Assembly: GCA_010093995.1 (NCBI GenBank)
Contig: ML992517.1
Coordinates: 324,677 to 388,676 of the forward strand
Length of the DNA stretch: 64,000 bases
Direction of reading: 5' to 3'
DNA from: Elsinoe ampelina
Taxonomy: Eukaryota
Shown piece by piece: positions 13,601-22,216 of the stretch. The translations under genes and the position numbers were made by a program. Each line of letters begins with the position of its first letter. Position 1 is the stretch's first letter. Under the pieces are notes generated by a model that ran no database searches, had not been told where the DNA came from, and was given only the letters and a program-made list of their open reading frames with translations.

Positions 13601-16600
13601 AAGGAAGCACCGCTGTCCAAGGGTGCGCTAGCCCAAGAAGCCTTTGGGTACCGTGCGCTGCTATTCGAGACCCTACGCGGTGCCGGACCACGTGGTATGA
13701 CGGTACGAAGGGTGACAGAGCAGGTGGCAGCGAAATTACGAGCATCTGGAGTCGAAGCTCGAAGTACGTTGAATGAAGACCTCGACTTCCTCTTGCGTCA
13801 GGCTCCATTGTACTTCGCCTTTGAGTTTCCCGATTCGCAAGACTCACAGAATGGATCGTCACCGCGCAGTGATGTAGATGAGCGCCACTGGTCTATTGTC
13901 GGCGGACCAGGAAGGGATCTGTCGACTGAATATTGTCGCCAACTTCTGCGACCCATCTCGCAGGATCCAGCGTGGTCCCTACCCGAGATCCAAGATGGGC
14001 GTCACTCGCGTACTCTTATTCTGGTCATTCAACGACATAGCGGAGCGATTTCCACAGGAGCTATTGATCGAGTCGAGACCGATGCTCAACGCCATGCTTT
14101 CGCCTTCTCGCAGTCCTTTAGCCAGAAGCCAAGTCTCCCAAAACCTTACACTGAGCATGAGGGTCTTGACAACCGGTATCTATCGATGTGTCTACCTCGG
14201 ATCCAAGGTACGACGGACCTGCGAGATATGATCAGATCCAGACCGTCCATTCTGAAAGCGATCACTCGGTACAACCAGAAGGCTAGAGATGGACAGTCAT
14301 TGGTCATCTTCCTCCACTCCGGTCTTGATGGAGGTAGTGTCAACAACGAATCGTACGCTACTATTCTGGAAGAATATCGAAATATCCACTTTCTCCAGGC
14401 AATCAGCATCTACTCCGAGCGGCCTGGTTCAAATGAAAGCCAAAACTTCCGCACGTTGACCGATTCTTTACTGAGCTACTTCCGACCCGCCTGCTTTCAC
14501 GCACCGCACAGCCTACAGCCCCATAATCACGTCCTTTGGGCTGTGTATGAAGTCGCTCTTCTGGCGCATCTTCATCCTCTCAATCATCCCAGCCAATCCC
14601 AGGATGGAGCATTTTCCATTGACGAAGTCACAATCGATGAGGCAGTACAAGCAGACATGATTCTTGCACACAAGCAACTATTGCTGTTGAACACGCTACA
14701 ATACTTTTGGAGACTTGATCGCCGGCTGCCAAAAGCGCAGAAGTATATGGACGACCAGACGGTACTTGGCAGGAGCGCAGGAACTTCCTACGGAGTATAC
14801 TCATCTGACAAAGGTCGAACCACCAACGACCTGAGCTTATGCTTGCTTCCTGGAGCAACTCACACCATGAGCAGATCTTGCCGTTACTGCGACGAGACCA
14901 CTACCATCAAAGATTGGCACCGCAGCTTCCACACACCACCAAATTATCTTGAGCTGCCTATCATTGGCTTTCATTGCGACCGGCCTACATGTGTAGACAA
15001 GGAACACCGTCTCAGAAGGATCTTGACTGTCCCAAATGGTCCGTCCCTCGGCAAATTGGGTATGCCACCTCCGGTGATGATGTTACGCGAACGACGACTG
15101 GCTTCTTTACGGGTGGATACACGTTCGAATGACTACGGTCCGATCTCGTCGCTATTTTCGAATCTCACCTTCCCGCTGGTCCCTCAGGTCCCAAGATGCA
15201 GGTATACTGTAGCCGGCACGGTGGAAGGGATGGACCTCATCATCGATCAAATCTGTCATGATGCTGACGCTCGATTCTTTGTGCCCGGTCTATTCTCCTC
15301 CGAGACCAATCTCACTGATCTGGAACATCTGATAGAGTTCTTCATCCATCACGGGCTGGACTTCACTATCAAGCAGTTCATCGCTGCAATGGACCTTCAT
15401 CGCCGTCGACACAAACGCCGGGAGAGAGATTCAAACGATGCAGGGAAGGATGACGAGAACCTCGACTCGGGGTCTGAAAGCGATGATGAAGACGGCGATG
15501 ATGACATGGGCAATCCACCAGCGGCGCGGACAGTCTTTCCTCTCAGTGCCGAGCGCGAAGAGCATTGCAAACAGATGATCTCGTACGGTTTCACATATCA
15601 ACAGATTAAGACATTGATACCCGACTGTCCCACAGTCGCACGACACGACTGGTTCAAGCGCCAGCTGGCCACGACGTTGACTTTTGTCGACGAGAACCTT
15701 TGGACGGACACCGATGAGCAGACTGCTAGGACGATGATAGTGGACAGGAAGGCTGACGATCGTACAGTCGCAGCTGCTCTGGGTCGTACACGGGTCAGTG
15801 TCAGTGAGAAGCGCCGCTCCTGGGGCCTGCGTCCCAACCGGCCGCCGCTCAAACATGGTGTGATTGCTGCTGCTGATCAGCATCGTGCGGATTATGGGCG
15901 CGTATGGGCAAAGTACACTGATGTGCAGAAGGACATCATCAGCTCTGAGTTCAAGCGTGGTACATCTGATGAGAAGATTGCAGAAATGCTTGGTCGGAAG
16001 GAAAGAAGCATAAAAGAGCAACGGGCTACAATGGGGCTTTTCCGTGTCCCCGGCGCTGCCAAAGATCATGGGTGGTCAAGTCCGGATCGAAAGGTGGTCA
16101 TCGACGGTTTCAAGAAGGGGCTGAAGGACCCAGAGATCGCTAAGCTTCTGTCAGGCCACGGAGTCCCTGACATCCGGAAGTTGATCTTTGAACATTTCCC
16201 GGAGGAAGAGGTCAGACGCAACGCCTCGACTCGTCCCTGGACGACCACTGAGGATGATTTGATCATCAAGCGGAAAGGAGATGGGAAAATGTGGAAAGAT
16301 ATTGCCGAAGAGCTCGGCCGTTCTGTAGGATCTTGCAAGAGCCACTGGCGGCAACTACGACGTACACAGGAGCAAAGGGATGCCAGAAACAGGGCCCGCG
16401 TCCGACCATCATCAAAGAGGGACACTGGCCCGGAAGATACAGCTGCTACGACCGCAGAAGATGTGATCGTGGTGAATGTGGCAGGCACATTGGCGGTGGC
16501 TAGCAGTGGCGATGGCGCTAGACCACCTCCTGTCGTCACTAGCAATGAGCAGACGACCACTTTGGCGACTGAGAGTCCGGTCACGTCGACCGACGCAGAC

Positions 16601-16987
16601 GGAAGGGAGCAGCCGAGCACAGGTGCAATTGTACCACCTCGGAGGATACAGCTGCTACAGCCGCAGCAGTGGCGACGGCGCAATGAGCAGACGACCACTT
16701 TGGCGACTGAGGGTCCGGTCACGTCGACCGACGCAGACGGAAGGGAGCAGCCGAGCACAGGTGCAATTGTACCACCTCGGAGGATACAGCTGCTACAGCC
16801 GCAGCAGTGGCAACGGCGCAATGAGCAGACGACCACTTTGGCGACTGAGAGTCCGGTTACGTCGACCGACGCAGACGGAAGGGATCAGCCGAGCACAGGT
16901 GCAATTGTACCACCTCGGAGGCGTTCGCTCAGGGGGCAGACGAGCTTGAGTCACGTCATGGAAGAAGGCAGCGATCAAGATGAATAG
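10661..16987 (+). CDS. 2108-aa multidomain protein: AT-hook, Ulp1/C48 peptidase, wHTH-like, resolvase-like, GATA-like Zn finger, Myb/SANT repeats
   Basis: Uninterrupted 6.3-kb ORF; RRRGRPR (12323-12346); WLHD..IE, HW (13043), ELDSL (13088), QANSCDCGAF (Cys 13247) = C48 triad; CRYC..W..CDRPTC (14879-14992); WTTTEDDLI..WKDIAEELGRSVGSCKSHW (16238-16348) plus similar upstream repeats. Confidence 0.85.
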   Translation: MADPPPDDGNPSGPGAAANGEEGGAGLNETVQLLQRVQQDIAKLGQSGIFQLLSPLATPPQPTPPQPTPQPVTQQDESSKRRISSKKDKTASTDTKKQKIGQNQGQSREQLQGRSYLPHSSPTPGADKGTSSSSGSGSTVSLPERMKKEIKTPVRPRKLAEPRTPLMRSTASLPVRSVGGRYIKHPSQNPDAVYTQPYTLRQPFPEVEADRLTRKSPYHIDQPFADVADGAGSSFEPGLQQQGQARQLASAEPYMEHGAERISQAQTVPAGLQQTEPAGQPGISSTVNAAGVHSSSHTMLRRLEPIAELPTSVGASQSVPGSMYGPSAFRQQPRWSWQHGRFVTPQQGQSYYQTSDPSMRWTPTPSMPVDPPYPYRYTSSPGPQQAPGYFPAAQQEDVFQVHPQDNIQQAPVANMSGDQDLHSPRVQFSTGPDLVDPLNLGRDWQASDIPMLTEEQQRLLDGMTPIPFDSFDDHETAYGQAAQMDGIMSSTEDRPASPKNFAPPSPGHDSEDDLFMKPYTPEPDQEWLPAIKSASAPPSPGAASDTEAAVAQQAPRRRGRPRLSTENKLRVKKYVEEEVNVPRPPTPVVGEDTIDQEKEWPYLKAKAEYNLSDFTKPSEKQFARLILRIIDRAERDSDMANKQAADDPATTRDRSTTDVAATTVIDENTPEIKQKVTAATFLYPAFDHGTRKTRCIDLIRLSPEIWLHDTSIEALVSPMAHHQSDVYFITSGELVWMLPDPLQYETTDDWREGLLKQVKEYTDTWLTSTGLIKRRLTIGPLVTKVVAVYNHDGSHWTTIVVDLVNGTVTELDSLDSKRRKNNAEFVLSNFAEYIALRAGRPRAARFWRTSYDSSSRQANSCDCGAFTALHAREIMLGLPISKPGLEHLPPGMDEGVTRFEDLSREAKTLARHNYGLQVRWDLLRTQARLILGDLPDEVLELDRQVGPHTTFTIRRTVDEDSTSDEEEVDEKHFDTTEQLLKEAPLSKGALAQEAFGYRALLFETLRGAGPRGMTVRRVTEQVAAKLRASGVEARSTLNEDLDFLLRQAPLYFAFEFPDSQDSQNGSSPRSDVDERHWSIVGGPGRDLSTEYCRQLLRPISQDPAWSLPEIQDGRHSRTLILVIQRHSGAISTGAIDRVETDAQRHAFAFSQSFSQKPSLPKPYTEHEGLDNRYLSMCLPRIQGTTDLRDMIRSRPSILKAITRYNQKARDGQSLVIFLHSGLDGGSVNNESYATILEEYRNIHFLQAISIYSERPGSNESQNFRTLTDSLLSYFRPACFHAPHSLQPHNHVLWAVYEVALLAHLHPLNHPSQSQDGAFSIDEVTIDEAVQADMILAHKQLLLLNTLQYFWRLDRRLPKAQKYMDDQTVLGRSAGTSYGVYSSDKGRTTNDLSLCLLPGATHTMSRSCRYCDETTTIKDWHRSFHTPPNYLELPIIGFHCDRPTCVDKEHRLRRILTVPNGPSLGKLGMPPPVMMLRERRLASLRVDTRSNDYGPISSLFSNLTFPLVPQVPRCRYTVAGTVEGMDLIIDQICHDADARFFVPGLFSSETNLTDLEHLIEFFIHHGLDFTIKQFIAAMDLHRRRHKRRERDSNDAGKDDENLDSGSESDDEDGDDDMGNPPAARTVFPLSAEREEHCKQMISYGFTYQQIKTLIPDCPTVARHDWFKRQLATTLTFVDENLWTDTDEQTARTMIVDRKADDRTVAAALGRTRVSVSEKRRSWGLRPNRPPLKHGVIAAADQHRADYGRVWAKYTDVQKDIISSEFKRGTSDEKIAEMLGRKERSIKEQRATMGLFRVPGAAKDHGWSSPDRKVVIDGFKKGLKDPEIAKLLSGHGVPDIRKLIFEHFPEEEVRRNASTRPWTTTEDDLIIKRKGDGKMWKDIAEELGRSVGSCKSHWRQLRRTQEQRDARNRARVRPSSKRDTGPEDTAATTAEDVIVVNVAGTLAVASSGDGARPPPVVTSNEQTTTLATESPVTSTDADGREQPSTGAIVPPRRIQLLQPQQWRRRNEQTTTLATEGPVTSTDADGREQPSTGAIVPPRRIQLLQPQQWQRRNEQTTTLATESPVTSTDADGRDQPSTGAIVPPRRRSLRGQTSLSHVMEEGSDQDE
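16542..16921 (+). repeat. In-frame tandem repeat, 138-bp (46-aa) unit, ~2.75 copies
   Basis: gcaatgagcagacgaccactttgg starts at 16542, 16680 and 16818. Confidence 0.95.
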
Positions 16988-17764
16988 TGAACTAGTCATT
17001 GGCGATGACGGAATCGAATCTGTAATATCAAGACTGCTTTTGCTCATACCATGGTTTTCCTGATTCTTCGCTCCAGCTAGTCATGTGACAAGTGATGGCC
17101 GTTGGTTTCGAGCTCTTGTGGCAGTGTTAGTAACCGGGATGCTTTGTCCTGTCATTCAAGACAAATATCATGAGCCTCATGGTCAGGCGACTGACGCTGG
17201 TTAGTCTGCGCATCAGGACCCGTCGCGCACAATAGATTCGAGTGTAGGCTACGAAAGTCACATGCAGCGTAGCGGGGCTGTCCAAATGCGAGGGTTCTAC
17301 TTGGCGGCGAATTTCAGACGACTGCTTCTGGCGCACGAGTGTCGTAGATGAGATTCAAGAGTGAGGCACAACTCATCAGGTGATATGTCTAAGTCTTCAG
17401 CGAGTCTCAAATCTATGCGCGATTGCTGGTAGTTCTGCACGGGCTCGAAACTATGACAGCTGACTTGAGTTACTCTTCGTAGTGGTGTCGCGAATATCTC
17501 TGCAGTACCCCGCCTTGCCTCGCAGAGCCGCACTGATATTCTCGCGGCCAAAATTACTGGGATTGCTTGGCGGACTTTTGGCTTGTTTACCACTCACCCA
17601 AAATTCGCCTCTAATACCCTCTGTAGTTATTATTTATCAAACCACGTGAATTGAAGCATTGATATCTATTAGTGTAGCCTTCTAAAGGTGTTTTTATAAT
17701 AGCTAAATCTTAAAATAGCTTAATTTTGCACTTACAAGTCTAAGATAAGGCTCTAGCTAATTAC

Positions 17765-17962
17765 AACTAGTAAGATAAGAAGTTAATTATGTCTATTTAT
17801 TAAGATATCGAGACTTAGAAAAGAAAGAAAGAAACTAAAGTACAAAGTATATATAATATTAAGAGTAGAGTACTAGCTAGAAGCCTAGGCTACAATATGA
17901 AGATTATATAACTAATCCAAACTAGGTCTAAACTAAATCTAGTTTAGATCTATCTCGTATTA
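17765..17962. repeat. LTR-like dispersed repeat, copy 2 (solo-LTR-like) inside a small RIP patch (~17620-18060)
   Basis: Direct-orientation match to 6430-6635 with transitions and small indels. Confidence 0.85.
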
Positions 17963-18350
17963 GAAAGCTAGCTATATAACTAGATATTAGTACTATAGCA
18001 CTAATAATAGTGTTACTAGCTCTAAATAGTAACTATGTAGTTAGTGTAATATACTGTCTATAGGGGAGCATAAATCACCTGATATATGCCCTTTATGCAA
18101 TTATCATACAAATTAGAACGAAAAGGCATCAGGCTCTCTAAACGAAATTCAAACGGTGCATGTTGATTGGGTGGGTCAAATGCCAAGGGTGGGAGTTGAC
18201 AATTGGGGGTGGCCTTCTCTCGTTCACATTACCTCACAAGTCAGGCTCACTTACCGAAATTCTGTCAAGTGCTCTGCCACCGTTGAACCTGACCTGTATC
18301 CTCAGACATAGCGAAACACACTCGAACCCCACCAGAACTGACTGCGCACC

Positions 18351-19223
<873 letters not shown>

Positions 19224-19596
19224 ACGCTGCAATCGTACGTTTCCAGTAAATGCTGCTTCTCGCCTTCTTCGGAGTTGGGAGTTCTACGCCAATCACCCTT
19301 TTCATGACTACGCGAATGACGCTGATGGAGATGATATCTGGTCAATGGAGGTAAACCCGGATGGTCAAGGTAGCCTTTGCAATCTGATTTTGACAACTAA
19401 TCTTCAAGTGCTTTACATCATTTGTTCACCCATCTTCATGCCCTGTACATCATGCCTCGCAGCTCCCACTCTTCTCCAATGTCTCGTCACATCTTGTACA
19501 TCATTCGTCGACCTCATCTACCGTCAACTCAACGCCTCGATTCTGCCATGAAACCCTATGTCAACATACATCCTCCAGATCATGGTCCGTGGAAGT

Positions 19597-20779
19597 CTAG
19601 AAGATTGCCTGTCCATTGACATGAGACGAAACACCGCCTATTAAACTGATCAGCTACATTCACCACACAAACCGAGATTCTTACCTGGCATATTCGCCGG
19701 CGCACTCGCAAAGAAGAAGAACCACCTATTATTCTTCTTACACGTCTCCGCCAGCTTCTCTAAATCCAGCATCTCCCCCAACGGCATCCCCCACATGGCG
19801 AGAATATACTCATGCAAGAAATACCCATGCTTACTCGGCCAGCACTCAAACGCAGGGGCATCTCCTCCTACCGCCGCGAAATAACAATCATGCAACCAAT
19901 CCAACACCTTCTCCTCCTGACTCACGCCCGAGAACGTATTCTTATTGTTCTCCCCTAACTCATGGTGTCTCTTCGCCAACGCATCCCGCTCATCAGGCTG
20001 CTTACTGTAATAGCTCTTCACCCACCCACTTCTCACGAACAACATATCCCCAATCTCGATGTCCCCTCCTTGACTCTTAGGCCGGATGTCAATCCCCTGG
20101 CTCTCCCCCACCTGCCGGAGTTCATCCCATGATATCTCCTCGTGGCCATACGCGTCGTACGCGCGCCCTTGCTTCTCCGCCCAGGAAGCAAAGTCGAGGA
20201 GGACGCCGCGGCCCGCGATGCCGTGGTTCGCCCAGTGGTGGATGCTGCATTTGTGGTTTGCTTTCTCACCCGTGATGTCTTCGCCTTTGGTGCCGTTGTA
20301 GAAGGTCTGGGTCGCGATGTGGGCGAAGTGGCGGAAGCCGTCCCATTGGGTGCCGCTTTGGGTGTTCATGGTGTAGAGGTCATCGTAGGCCACGCCGGGC
20401 ATGAGGGTTTTGATCTCATGCTTGAAGATCTCGCGCTCGAAGGCTGGGACGGAGGGGACGTTCAGGGGGAGGTTGACGGGGGCGATCTCGCCTGTGGAGA
20501 TGAGTTTGCTGGCTGCGGCGACGCGGGTGGGGGTGAGGAGGTTGAGACGGCCGAGCTGGGAGGGTTAGGAGGGAAACAGGGGGAGGGGCGGGGGAGACGC
20601 ACGCCGTCTTCAGATCCCCAGAACCAGGCGGCATCTTTGGGAGCTCCGGAGATGGAGGGGAGATCTTTACGGGAGGGGAAGGAGGTGTCGTCTGGGTTCC
20701 AGGTTGGTGCCATGCTGGGTCTTGATTCAAGCTGGTCGGTGATCAGATGGGTTCTTTGCTGGGCTCTGAAGTTGGCCAT
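19597..20779 (-). CDS. Putative cyclase / kynurenine formamidase-like metal-dependent hydrolase
   Basis: NTQSGTQWDGFRHF, GIAGRGVLLD, GDMLFVRSG, LHEYILAMWGMPLGEMLDLEKL; introns near 20550-20601 and 19640-19683; start could be 20713 or 20779. Confidence 0.85.
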
Positions 20780-21168
20780 ACGACCAGGATGTGTAAGAAG
20801 GGATGTGGTGGGGAAGCTGTATGCATCCTATGTCGTCACCTACCCCGCACCACCCCGCCATGCACAAGTCTGCATGTCGGCTGCTCGGCTTCACGGGGGA
20901 ATTGACTTCAAGACACTGTGCATCTGCCGAGCTTGGTCCAATAGGTTGTGTAATCCTTGAAATAGCATATCGAATAATATTTCATTTGGGTGTGATGAAA
21001 AGGTAGGGCCTTTCACGCCTAGATAGCGGCAGGAAATTGTGTATTACTACGGCGAAATCTGCTTTGTAATATCTGCGTACATCGATCAACTCTCACGTTC
21101 CTCTCGACAGCAGCATCATCTTCGTCTACATCCAAGGATACTAAATATCGAGCATCCACTGACTCAAC

Positions 21169-22111
21169 ATGTCACAACCACCGAACATCACCTTGTACAC
21201 AGCCCAAGTATGCACCAAAGTCATCATGAGACAATCCAGCACTAAAATCTGTAGACCCCAAATGGCATCAAGATCTCGATGCTGCTCGAGGAGCTCGGAT
21301 TGCCATATGAAGCCAAGAAAATTGACATGAAAGCGAATGAGCAAAAGCAGCAATGGTTCCTCGAGATCAATCCAAATGGCCGCATCCCAGCAATAACCGA
21401 CTCTCATCCCACCGAAGCTGGTAGGACGATTCGTGTCTTCGAGTCTGGGTCCATCATGCAGTACCTCGTAGACCGCTATGACAAGGACAACAAATGCACA
21501 TATTCCCGCGGTACAGTCGAGCACATCGAGATGACCTCCTGGCTGTTCTTCCTCAATGCGTGAGAATGCCCTATTCCATACTACCAGACAGAAACTAAAT
21601 CGCTCAGTGGCGTCGGCCCGATGCAAGGACAGTCCAACCACTTCACCCGCTATGCTCCAGAACACATCCAATACGGCGTAGACCGCTACCAGAACGAGAC
21701 CAAACGCCTCTACGGCGTGCTGGACGAGCACCTCGGCAAAGTCGGTGGCGACTACCTAGTCGGCAACAAATGCACGGTAAGCCCTTCCCTCAACCGTCCC
21801 TCCCAGCCCTCCTCCCCCTAAAACCGTCCCAGATAGCCGACATAGCCCACTGGGGCTGGATCGCCGCCGGCCTCTGGGCAGGCGTCGACATCTCCCACTT
21901 CCCTCACCTCAAAGCATGGGAAGCGCGCATGTGGGCCCGCCCCGCGACCAAAAAGGGCGCCGACGTCCCGGAGAAGTATAAGCTCAAGGAGATCTTGAAG
22001 GATCCGGCGGAGATTGAGCGCATCCAGAACTCCGGGCGGGATATGATTCAGGCGGGCATGAGGGCGGATAAGGAGATGAATGAGAGGAGGGCGGGGGGGA
22101 GTAAAGTGTGA
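21169..22111 (+). CDS. Glutathione S-transferase (Ure2p/YfcG-like), 3 introns
   Basis: [51 protein letters not shown]. Confidence 0.92.
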
Positions 22112-22216
22112 TTTTTGAGGAGAAGGGCAGGAAAGGGGGAGTGGGGGTTGGGGTAGTATACTTGGACATGTAGTTGTGTGTATCTCTATCAACATATCCT
22201 TGTTGAACTAGGCAGA

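Noticed and set aside
16542..16921. CRISPR-like array
   Set aside because: Units are fully repeated without unique spacers and lie in frame in a eukaryotic CDS
17990..18065. Definite Starship terminal repeat
   Set aside because: Only short hairpins in RIPed DNA; the other end is not in the window, so no direct repeat can be shown
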